Origin: a bacterium
Lineage (GTDB): Bacteria > Verrucomicrobiota > Kiritimatiellia > RFP12 > UBA1067
NCBI GenBank assembly: GCA_037133395.1
Contig: JBAXOG010000005.1
Location: 985-64,984 of the forward strand
Direction of reading: 5' to 3'
Length of the DNA stretch: 64,000 bases
Positions 34,501-41,879 of this stretch are shown here, one piece after another (positions within the stretch are counted from its first letter, which is position 1; each line of letters opens with the position of its first letter). The position numbers and the translations under genes are program-made. Below the pieces are notes generated by a model. It was not told the DNA's origin and did no database searches. It saw only the letters and a program-made list of their open reading frames with translations.

Positions 34501-35536
34501 CAAGTTGTACGCCAATACCATGGATAATCCAGAGACCTATCCGACCCCCGAGCCGCAGCCGGTCGCCTTTGTCAAACCTGCTCCTGCCACGCCTCGTCAT
34601 GCGCCTGTAGCGACTGCTGACGGCTGGCCGTTCGACGCGGCAGAAGCCCAACGCCGTCAATCCGCAGCCGGTCTGCCGAAGGAACTGCAACTCGCGTGCG
34701 GCACGAACAGTAACGTGAAACTGGACTTTGTGCTGATCCCGGCCGGCGACTTCGTGCTCGGCAATGCCACTGGTGTCGACGACGAGTATCCGCCGACACG
34801 TGTTCGCATCGAGAAGCCCTTCTACATGTCGCGCAAGGAAATTTCTAACGCCCAGTTCCGCGAATTCGACGTCGCGCACGACAGCCGCACGATCGACACC
34901 TACACCAAGGATCATACCGGGCCCGGTCCATCGATGAACAACGCGGAGCAGCCTGCTGTGCGCGTAAGTTGGCAGGAAGCCATGGCGTTTTGCGATTGGT
35001 TTGGCCGTACCGCTGGTCAGCGGTGCGCATTGCCGACCGAGGCGCAATGGGAGTATGCTTGCCGCGCCGGCACCGCAACGCCGCTCTGGTTCGGCGACCT
35101 TGCCGCCAACTTCGGTCAGTATGCCAACCTCGCAGACAAGAGCCTCCGAAACGGTCTGCGTACCGTCAGGCCGTGGATTCCGGCTATTGAAACCGTCGAT
35201 GATGGCGCGACGATCACCCAAAACGTGGCCGCCTACCAGCCAAACCCGTGGGGTCTATACAGTATGCACGGCAACGTCGCTGAATGGACGCGTTCGCTTT
35301 TCAAGCCTTATCCATATCGTGACGACGATGGCCGTAACGCCACCACGGCGAAAAGCGTTGGCCAACGCGTTGTGCGCGGCGGCTCGTTTTGGGACCGCCC
35401 GTACCGTGCCACCTCGTCAGCTCGGCGCAACTACGAACCTTGGCAGCGGGTCTTCGATGTCGGGTTCCGCGTCATCATTGACCCCGACACCGCAATCAAG
35501 GTGGCCAGCGTCAGCAACCGCGCGGACGCGCACTAG
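31532..35536 (+). CDS. Giant secreted multidomain protein: PA14-like module, helical region, PD40/TolB-like beta-propeller, two CxxCH haem-c motifs and a C-terminal FGE-sulfatase-fold domain lacking the catalytic Cys pair
   Basis: The ORF track gives 31490..35536. ATG 31532 overlaps the upstream TGA as ATGA. Signal peptide MKTMLISILSLSAMLSTA. PA14-like GFGSDDGIEVWLNGKKI...LLVKIFNIGGSCGFYF. YLPDGKIMF and NPDGTG propeller motifs. CVGCH at 34010-34024 and 34160-34174. FGE fold: RVSWQEAMAFCDW, LPTEAQWEYACRAGT, HGNVAEWT, VVRGGSF. Confidence 0.7.
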   Translation: MKQGVTMKTMLISILSLSAMLSTAKPTAGEANFYVKKDSWTATMLATRDRYQTLADAAPLRAGPWSSTAALKAKSFGDALFPEQGVNLDSKDEKGNPVWRQHAEWVDGVAQPLSASGSSSTYLFRVITAKMAATVTAGFGSDDGIEVWLNGKKIHSVDAPRGVSSGQDKVALALEAGENRLLVKIFNIGGSCGFYFNLELAPPEDVWPQLAKDYPVQAAWLKRDTDGRLTAWLGGRNSVDNEKALISRPLAALGQPGVLHQEMAKLEQGGVSAKDSRWLDLYFRACQVRAVKEDAARFNTDALRRAIEDLSRTYPGQYTRGPEFLKRLEACKKKNEDVRLAADCGEMTDLKLLNDMLALQREALLANPLMNFERLLLVKRDSLGLPQNWQGNTSISRNGYDNEIVVLSPAHPGGKLTTLFKPQGKEFVGDVDLNFDGTRMLFSMPTKDAWQVWEIKADGSGLRQLTPDISKIDNYDACYLPDGKIMFNSTMNIHGVPCVGGGDKVGNLCRMDADGKNVRMLCFEQDQDWYPRVLSDGRVMYTRWEYSDLPHYHSRLLMSMNPDGTGQLSLYGSNSYWPNSIFYARQIPDAPSKIIAVISGHHGVRRMGELVLFDLARGRTEANGAVQRIPGYGKKVEPVIADGLVQGSWPKFLHPYPLSDKYFIVSCKPTPESRWGIYLVDVFDNMLCLAEEAGYELFEPIPLRARVKPAAIPDRVRPEMKEGTVILSDVYAGPGLKGVQHGTVKALRVYSFHFGYWGVGGHANIGVDGSWDGRRIIGTVPVYKDGSANFKVPANTPIAIQPLNERGEAVALMRSWFVVMPGENASCVGCHESVNSSPLIKPNLAMRRAPSAITPWNGPERPFSFRREVQPVLDKSCVGCHDGSKAGCPDLRGNRKGDRNFDASYLALMPFVRRPGPESDFHVLSPMDYHVSTSELFQMLRKGHHNVALDVDAWSRLTTWADLNVPCHGTWGEHRGSPMGAPEALRNEYRKLYANTMDNPETYPTPEPQPVAFVKPAPATPRHAPVATADGWPFDAAEAQRRQSAAGLPKELQLACGTNSNVKLDFVLIPAGDFVLGNATGVDDEYPPTRVRIEKPFYMSRKEISNAQFREFDVAHDSRTIDTYTKDHTGPGPSMNNAEQPAVRVSWQEAMAFCDWFGRTAGQRCALPTEAQWEYACRAGTATPLWFGDLAANFGQYANLADKSLRNGLRTVRPWIPAIETVDDGATITQNVAAYQPNPWGLYSMHGNVAEWTRSLFKPYPYRDDDGRNATTAKSVGQRVVRGGSFWDRPYRATSSARRNYEPWQRVFDVGFRVIIDPDTAIKVASVSNRADAH

Positions 35537-35743
35537 AGCATTTAACTTAATGTATGGCCTTACGCAGAAACGCAGTGATTATTCTGACAGGCTGACACGC
35601 ATATGGAGGGCACGGTTACACCCGTGCCGCGGTCGGGGTGTACCCCGGCCCTTGTCCTCTCTTGTATCACTGCAAGTCCCAAGTCCAAAGTCCTCGTTCG
35701 GGCTATGCAATGCAAAAAATCCCGAATTGCACGCACGCTCGAC

Positions 35744-35794
35744 TTTACGTAAAGCCAGAAACCCGTTGACTTTTTTCTGCTGGTTTGCTTAAGT
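35744..35794 (+). promoter_or_regulatory. Conserved PATR-gene promoter block P3
   Basis: TTTACGTAAA at 35744-35753, a 12-nt gap, TTGACT at 35766-35771, a 17-nt spacer identical to P1, TTAAGT at 35789-35794. Confidence 0.65.
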
Positions 35795-35848
35795 GAGAGA
35801 TGCGAAGGGATTGTGTGTCTCTGGGAAAAAAGAAAGGGGTTTAAGATT

Positions 35849-38800
35849 ATGAACTCAATGAAGAAGAGGTTATACAGAACAGCGGGACAGATGCTGGTCG
35901 CTCTGTTATGGGTGTTGGCACCTGTGGCTTTTGCTGGTAATGCCCCCTGGAGTGGCGGCGCTAATAACAACTGGACGGATGCAGGCAACTGGGTGGGCGG
36001 AGCCTATCCCGGCGCGACCAGCGGCACCACCAACCCGGACATCGCATCGTTCACGAATAACCCATCCAACAAGGCTCCGGCATTCAATGTCGCCAATATC
36101 AACCTTGGCGGTTTTACCTTCGATATCGGCGCAGGCGCGTTCACGCTCGGCACCACCGGCGGCAATGCTGTCCTCCTCTCCAGCGGCGGGAGCATCACCG
36201 TCAACAGCGGTGACACGGCCGCCCAGATCGTCAACGCCCCGCTTGTCATCCAGAATGCCTCGGGCGGCAGTTCTGGGGTGTACACGAATCTGAATAATTC
36301 TGCCACCTCTGCAACCCTTACCTTGGGCGGTAGCATCAAAGGAATGGCGACGACAGGCAACACTACCGCGCTCACCATCGGCGGGCTCAGTGTTGGAGCG
36401 AACACGGTTTCCGGCATCATCAGCGACGGCACCGCTGGCGGCGCCGTGTCGCTGACCAAGGTCGGCAGCGGAATATGGGTCCTGTCGGGTATCAACACTT
36501 ACACTGGGGCGACCGTGGCCAATGGCGGGGTTGTGTTTACTCCGATGCCTGGCTCTGTTAGTGGCATTCCGCAGGTTATCGGCACGCTGCAAATCACCGG
36601 CACGATGACCAATACGAGCAGTGTTTCGATTGCCAACGGGGGCACGCTCATTGACGGCAGTTCCACTGCCGCCAGCAATAACAACGTCACCAATCGCATC
36701 AACCCGGCGGCCACGCTGACGATGGGCGGTTCCAGTGGCGGCGGCACATTCACGCTGGCCGCCCCGGCTGCAGGTAGCACGCACAGCCAGACATTGGCAG
36801 GGCTTTCGATCGGCGCGGGTGGGAATACCATCAATGCCAGCGCCGCCACTGGTACGAACAAACTCTCCTTCAGCGGCGCGAGCGGCAGCGTTTACAGCCG
36901 CAGCACGGGCGGCACGGTTACTTTTGCCACCACCAATACGGCGGGGTTCAACGTCAGCTTCGCCAACACGCCGACGGGTGCCGGTGTCTCGGGCACCTCC
37001 GCTCCGCTCCTCATCGGCGCGATCCTCGGCGGTACCATCTGGGGTGGCACCGACTTTGTCGCTGCCAATTCCGGCACCGTGGCTGCGCCTACTTATGACA
37101 CTACGCTGACCGCAGACAAGAACGTGAACGTGACTGGCAACCTTTCGGGTGGCCCCCTCTCGGTCAACAGCCTGCGTTTGGCCGACACCACGAGCCGCAC
37201 CGTGATCCTTACGGGCACCAACACCATTGCCAGCGGCGGCATCCTGCTTCCGAGTACGGTGACGGCCGACAGCGTAAACCATACCATCACCGGCGGCTAT
37301 CTCACCAGCGGCACGGGCGACCTCTGGATCTATGCCGCCTCAGGAAATCAGGGTGCCTCCCCCCGCAGCGGTGGAGCTAACGGTAATCCGCGGGGGGCTT
37401 ACTATGCCATGACCATTGCGTCACCGATCATTGACAACGGAACGACTCCGGTGTCGCTCACGATCGGCGGCAGCGGCTACTCGCAGGTTCATATTATCAG
37501 CAACAACACCTACACGGGCGGCACCTATCTGGATAACGGGATGCTGGCCATCGATTCGGACAGTGCCTTTGGAGCCTCCAGCGGCGCGGTTACCGTAACG
37601 AGCGGAGCAAATAATTACCTTCGTCTGAACAACGCCATCACCAACAGCCGCAACTTCGTCATCAACTCCGGCGCCGTCCTCAACGTTGGAGGACCTACTC
37701 TGACCCTGAACGGTTCGCTCACCGGCGGCGGCAATCTGATGTTGGGGTTCTATGGCAGCACCGGTGTCGGTCTGATTTTGAACAATGACGAGAACGGTTT
37801 CACGGGAACCTACACGGTTGGCTCTGCCCTTAGGGCCAACGAGGGCGTCGGGCTTTCAGCCAATGCGAACCTTGACCTGGCGTCTGATGGAGGAAACGCC
37901 CAATCATACGGTTGTGGCACCCTCCAAACCTCGGCCAATGTCACTCGCTCGCTCGGTACCGGTCCTGGCCAAGTGCAGTTCACCACCGGTCAAGGCGCTG
38001 TTGGCGGCGGGTTCTCGGCGGTCGGCGGCCCTGTGACGGTGAGTCTGGGCGGGCTCGGCACGCCCGCAACCCTCACCTACGGATCCGGTGCGTTCGGCCT
38101 TGGGAATGCCGTAAGTTCTAGCCTTGTCCTTCAAGACCCCACCGCCAATAACACGTTGATCTGGGCCAATCCGATCGCCAACAACGGCAATATGGTGTGG
38201 GTCAACCAAGCCGCGCCCACTGCAGGCACCAACACGGTTGCGACCATGACCGGCGTCCTCAGTGGTACGGGTGGTATGACCAAAGAAGGGCTCGGTCTTC
38301 TCATTCTCTCTGGCACGAACACCTATACAGGCCAGACTCGGATCCTGAAGGGTACTCTCAGTGTCGCATCGCTCGGCTCGGTGAACGGAGCCACGAGCAA
38401 TCTCGGTCAGCCGTCTTCGGCGACCAACGGTACGATTGTCCTGGGTGGGAATGGCGGATATGGGGCTAATGCTGTTGCGTTGACCTATACCGGTTCAGGT
38501 GAAACCACGGATCGGATTCTCGAAATCGCCACCACGATTGGCAAGATCACACTGGAACAGGCCGGAACCGGGTTGTTGAAATTCGCAAGTCCCATCGTCG
38601 TGTCCGCTGTGGGTGATGCGGGTAAGACGCTTATCCTGCAGGGCTCGACCTCCGGCACAGGCGAGCTATCCGGTGGTGTGATCGATGGAACAAATCTCTC
38701 GACTGTTGCGGCGGCTGCGCTTGGTGCGGACCGGCTGGCCATAATCGCACCCGCCGATGTGAATTACGGCCAGTTGCGCGTCGGCAACAGGGTCAGCGGT

Positions 38801-39400
38801 AAGGGGATCGCGCCGGGAACCTATTTGACAGCCATTCCTGGTAATAGTACAACCGGAGTGCTGAGCCAAGCCACCACCGAGGCGCTGACCAATGGCCAGC
38901 AGGTGGTCTTCACAGGCTTTACGACGGTCACGAAGACCGGGACCAACCTCTGGAATGTTCTTGGCGCGAACACCTATTCAGGCATCACCACGGTCAGCAA
39001 TGGCGTGCTCGGTCTTTCGGGTAACCTCGGCAGCAACATCATCGTCAAAGGCGGTGCGAAACTTTCGGCGGGCGCCGCGGGCGGCGTGGGGACGCTCTCT
39101 ACCGCCGGTCTGATGACCTTCGAAACCAACAGCCGTCTCCTGGTGGATGTGGCATCGGCTACCGCGGATACGATCACCGCGGTCGGTAATGTCACGCTCA
39201 CAGGAACAGTCACGCTGGAAGTCAGCGGCGATCAACTACGAGGCGGAAGTTGGAAAGTGCTGGAGTCCACGGGCGGCACCATCACGGGCAGTTTCGTCCT
39301 CTCCGGCGCCCGGAGCGGATCGAAGCTCACGACGAGCGCCAACAGCAAGGAGATCTGGCTGACTATTCCGCCTAAGGGCACGATGATCCGGATATTCTGA
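35849..39400 (+). CDS. PATR-type surface protein
   Basis: The ORF track gives 35813..39400. The conserved start ATGAACTCAATGAAG is at 35849. It has a signal peptide and NNWTDAGNWVGGAYPG, with repeated LILSGTNTYTG units. It ends LTIPPKGTMIRIF. Confidence 0.8.
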   Translation: MNSMKKRLYRTAGQMLVALLWVLAPVAFAGNAPWSGGANNNWTDAGNWVGGAYPGATSGTTNPDIASFTNNPSNKAPAFNVANINLGGFTFDIGAGAFTLGTTGGNAVLLSSGGSITVNSGDTAAQIVNAPLVIQNASGGSSGVYTNLNNSATSATLTLGGSIKGMATTGNTTALTIGGLSVGANTVSGIISDGTAGGAVSLTKVGSGIWVLSGINTYTGATVANGGVVFTPMPGSVSGIPQVIGTLQITGTMTNTSSVSIANGGTLIDGSSTAASNNNVTNRINPAATLTMGGSSGGGTFTLAAPAAGSTHSQTLAGLSIGAGGNTINASAATGTNKLSFSGASGSVYSRSTGGTVTFATTNTAGFNVSFANTPTGAGVSGTSAPLLIGAILGGTIWGGTDFVAANSGTVAAPTYDTTLTADKNVNVTGNLSGGPLSVNSLRLADTTSRTVILTGTNTIASGGILLPSTVTADSVNHTITGGYLTSGTGDLWIYAASGNQGASPRSGGANGNPRGAYYAMTIASPIIDNGTTPVSLTIGGSGYSQVHIISNNTYTGGTYLDNGMLAIDSDSAFGASSGAVTVTSGANNYLRLNNAITNSRNFVINSGAVLNVGGPTLTLNGSLTGGGNLMLGFYGSTGVGLILNNDENGFTGTYTVGSALRANEGVGLSANANLDLASDGGNAQSYGCGTLQTSANVTRSLGTGPGQVQFTTGQGAVGGGFSAVGGPVTVSLGGLGTPATLTYGSGAFGLGNAVSSSLVLQDPTANNTLIWANPIANNGNMVWVNQAAPTAGTNTVATMTGVLSGTGGMTKEGLGLLILSGTNTYTGQTRILKGTLSVASLGSVNGATSNLGQPSSATNGTIVLGGNGGYGANAVALTYTGSGETTDRILEIATTIGKITLEQAGTGLLKFASPIVVSAVGDAGKTLILQGSTSGTGELSGGVIDGTNLSTVAAAALGADRLAIIAPADVNYGQLRVGNRVSGKGIAPGTYLTAIPGNSTTGVLSQATTEALTNGQQVVFTGFTTVTKTGTNLWNVLGANTYSGITTVSNGVLGLSGNLGSNIIVKGGAKLSAGAAGGVGTLSTAGLMTFETNSRLLVDVASATADTITAVGNVTLTGTVTLEVSGDQLRGGSWKVLESTGGTITGSFVLSGARSGSKLTTSANSKEIWLTIPPKGTMIRIF

Positions 39401-39488
39401 GCCAGAGTTTTTTTACCACGGAATACACGAAACTTCACGAAAGTGGATGAGAGAATTTAGCTACGGATTTTGAGGGGGAGAAGAGATT

Positions 39489-39569
39489 AACCACGAAGAA
39501 CACGAAGAGCACGAAGAAAATAGAAGTTGGATGAGTTAAACCTTTGTGTCCTTCGTGATCTTCGTGGTG
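39489..39569. repeat. Hairpin repeat, copy H3 (three-unit arms)
   Basis: aaccacgaagaacacgaagagcacgaag (39489-39516) pairs with ctttgtgtccttcgtgatcttcgtggtg (39542-39569). Confidence 0.75.
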
Positions 39570-39607
39570 AAAAATTTGGGTAGTGGGCAAAGCCCACATG
39601 AGGGGGA

Positions 39608-41374
39608 GTGATGGAAAATCGATGTATGAAGTATTGGGCAATCGTTGCTGTATGCATTCCGTGTTTGTGCGTGGATGCTGCTGACGTGAAGGTGATACGC
39701 GTGGCGGATTATGGCGCGATCAGTAATGACGGGCTGGATGACACGCCTGCGGTGCAGGCTGCGCTGAAGGCGTGCGCTGGTGCGCCGTCACGGCTCGTGT
39801 TCGGTCCTGGCCAGTATGATTTTTATCCTGACCGCGCGCCGGAGCGTTATCTCTTCGTCAGCAACAATGATGAGGGGCTTAAGCGCATCGCCTTTCCGCT
39901 GGGAAACTCCGAAAGTATTGAGATCGACGGCCAGGGCGCGCTCTTCATGTTCCGGGGTTGGATCACGCCGTTCGCGCTAGACCACGCCAAGAACATCACG
40001 CTGAAGAATTTCTCGATGGACTGGACGCGTACCTTCCATAGCGAAGGCAAGATCCTGGAGGTCAATACCAACGGGCTCACGGTCAGTTTCTCCGAAGCAT
40101 TTCCGTATGCAGTCCGCAACGGTATCCTTGTCTTTACGGACGGGAAGAAGAGTCAGGAGCAGCAGACCACAGTTAAAGGCTCAGAACTCACCTACCCTTA
40201 TGGCAGTATGCTGGAGTTCGATGCGCAGAAGCGTGAGACCGCCTACATGGCCCGTGATTACTGGGTGAAGGGCGGGGTGATGGCACAGGACCTCGGTCAG
40301 CACAAGGTCCGCATCATACTGCCGAAACTGACGGGGACGGTCGGCAATATCCTGGTCTTCGGTCCGAGTCACCGCGACTGTCCGGGCATCGTGATCAGTG
40401 ACAGCGCCAACGTGACAGTGAACCACGTGAACCTCTATCATTGCGGTGGCATGGGTGTGATTGCTCAACGCAGTCGTGACATTACCGTAGACCATGTGCA
40501 AGTCACGCCCGCGCCGGGCAGCGGCCGGGTCGTCAGCATCACGGCTGACGCCACGCACTTTGTGAACTGCTCTGGAAAAATTATTTTGAGCAACTCTCTC
40601 TTCGAGAACCAGAAGGACGACGCGACCAATGTTCACGGCATCTATGCCCGCATGGCGCGTCTGCTTGCACCGGATTTGATCGAGGTGCAACTGCTCCATC
40701 CGCAACAGCAAGGGTTCGATTTCATCGTGCCCGGAGGTAAACTCGAGCTGGTGCATGGTCCGAGCCTGGTCACCTACGGCGAGGCAATCGTCAAAACAGT
40801 CGAGCGGGTGAACAAAGAGTTTACGCGCGTCACGCTGACCCAGCCGTTGCCGGCTGAAAGTATCGTCGGCGACGTGGTGGCGAGCACAGATGGTTATCCT
40901 GAGACCTGGATTCACCACTGCGTGATCCGCAATAACCGCGCCCGCGGCATCTTGCTCGGCTCCCGCGCAAAGATGGTGATCGAAGAAAATGTTTTTCACA
41001 CACCCGGCGCAGCGATCCTGCTGGAGGGCGATGGACGTTTCTGGTACGAGCAGGCTGGCGTGCGCGATTTGGTGATCCGTAAGAACACGTTTGATAACTG
41101 CAACTTCGGCGTGTGGGGCAAGGCGACCATCGAGGTTGGCGCAGGCATTGAGAAAACGTGCCGGGCGACCAGCCGCTACAACCGCAACGTCGTGATCGAA
41201 GATAATCTGTTTCGTACTTTTGGCAGCGGTTCGCTGGTGCAGATGTATTCGGTGGACGGCTTGACGATTCGTAGCAATCGCGTTGAAAAGACTGGGGCGT
41301 ATCCGGCCAAGGCGGGCGCGAATGACAAGCGGTTTGACATTGTGGAGAGCGACAACGTATCGATCAGCGAGTAG
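39608..41374 (+). CDS. Secreted right-handed beta-helix glycosidase, possibly GH110-like (alpha-1,3-galactosidase type)
   Basis: 588 aa; ATG 39611 is the likely true start. N-terminal VIRVADYGAISNDGLDDTPAVQAALKAC (pectate-lyase-3-type opening), then YLFVSNNDEGLKRIAFPL...IEIDGQGALFMFRGWITPF...NITLKNFSMDW and NQKDDATNVHG. The GH110 call rests on remembered family patterns only. Confidence 0.55.
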   Translation: MMENRCMKYWAIVAVCIPCLCVDAADVKVIRVADYGAISNDGLDDTPAVQAALKACAGAPSRLVFGPGQYDFYPDRAPERYLFVSNNDEGLKRIAFPLGNSESIEIDGQGALFMFRGWITPFALDHAKNITLKNFSMDWTRTFHSEGKILEVNTNGLTVSFSEAFPYAVRNGILVFTDGKKSQEQQTTVKGSELTYPYGSMLEFDAQKRETAYMARDYWVKGGVMAQDLGQHKVRIILPKLTGTVGNILVFGPSHRDCPGIVISDSANVTVNHVNLYHCGGMGVIAQRSRDITVDHVQVTPAPGSGRVVSITADATHFVNCSGKIILSNSLFENQKDDATNVHGIYARMARLLAPDLIEVQLLHPQQQGFDFIVPGGKLELVHGPSLVTYGEAIVKTVERVNKEFTRVTLTQPLPAESIVGDVVASTDGYPETWIHHCVIRNNRARGILLGSRAKMVIEENVFHTPGAAILLEGDGRFWYEQAGVRDLVIRKNTFDNCNFGVWGKATIEVGAGIEKTCRATSRYNRNVVIEDNLFRTFGSGSLVQMYSVDGLTIRSNRVEKTGAYPAKAGANDKRFDIVESDNVSISE

Positions 41375-41404
41375 ATCGAGGTGGATTGGGGAGGGGGAGA
41401 TTTT

Positions 41405-41471
41405 AACCACAGAGAACGCAAAGAACTCAAAGAAAGAAATTGATCTTTGTGATCCTTGTGTTCTTTGTGGT
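41405..41471. repeat. Hairpin repeat, copy H4 (CACAAAG variant with compensatory changes in both arms)
   Basis: aaccacagagaacgcaaagaactcaaag (41405-41432) pairs with ctttgtgatccttgtgttctttgtggt (41445-41471). Its 3' 53 bp are repeated at 41783-41835. Confidence 0.7.
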
Positions 41472-41602
41472 AAATTCTATCTGCGCTGTGAACGGTTTCG
41501 GGTTGATGTATTAACCGCAACCAGCCTTCGCCAAACGGCTTCCACCTTTGCTAAAGCTACGGCGGATAAAACGGCGGTCAGGAAGAACGGGAAGAACAGG
41601 GT

Positions 41603-41778
41603 GCATCTGAGATTCATTGGCCTGTTAACTGGGCAGATAAGCTGGGCGTATAGGCGTCCTCGCCTGTACACTGGTCCGGTAGCTGCCGGACCAGTCATAG
41701 ACACCACGCTTCTGCCTTCGCCAAGGCTACGGCGCGGCAGGCGCCTATACGCCCAGGGTTGCAACGAATCTCAGATGC
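41603..41778. repeat. Palindromic element E1, about 175 bp (MITE- or REP-like, or a structured RNA)
   Basis: The termini gcatctgagattc / gaatctcagatgc are inverted. The inner arms ctgggcgtataggcg..cgcctg / caggcgcctatacgcccag pair. A central nested hairpin is ctggtccgg-tagctg-ccggaccag. A second copy is at 59188-59365. Confidence 0.65.
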
Positions 41779-41879
41779 GCCCCAAAGAACTCATAAAAAG
41801 AAATTGATCTTTGTGATCCTTGTGTTCTTTGTGGTGAATAATTTTTAATAGGGATTGATAATTGAATCGGGGGGATCAG

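Noticed and set aside
35906-37282. Long minus-strand ORFs antisense to supported genes. This one is 458 aa; others are 40181..41410, 44483..45919, 33461..34453, 46946..47755, 54146..55102, 1251..2198 and 32327..33190.
   Set aside because: They are shadow ORFs typical of GC-rich coding DNA. Each lies entirely inside a plus-strand gene with clear family motifs. They are Arg/Ala/Gly/Pro-rich with no recognisable domains, signal peptides or ribosome-binding sites.
28768-41836. Possibility that the repeated CACGAAG hairpins form a CRISPR array
   Set aside because: The copies are dispersed kilobases apart. Each is an inverted, not a direct, repeat with a short loop. There is no regular repeat-spacer periodicity and no cas genes.
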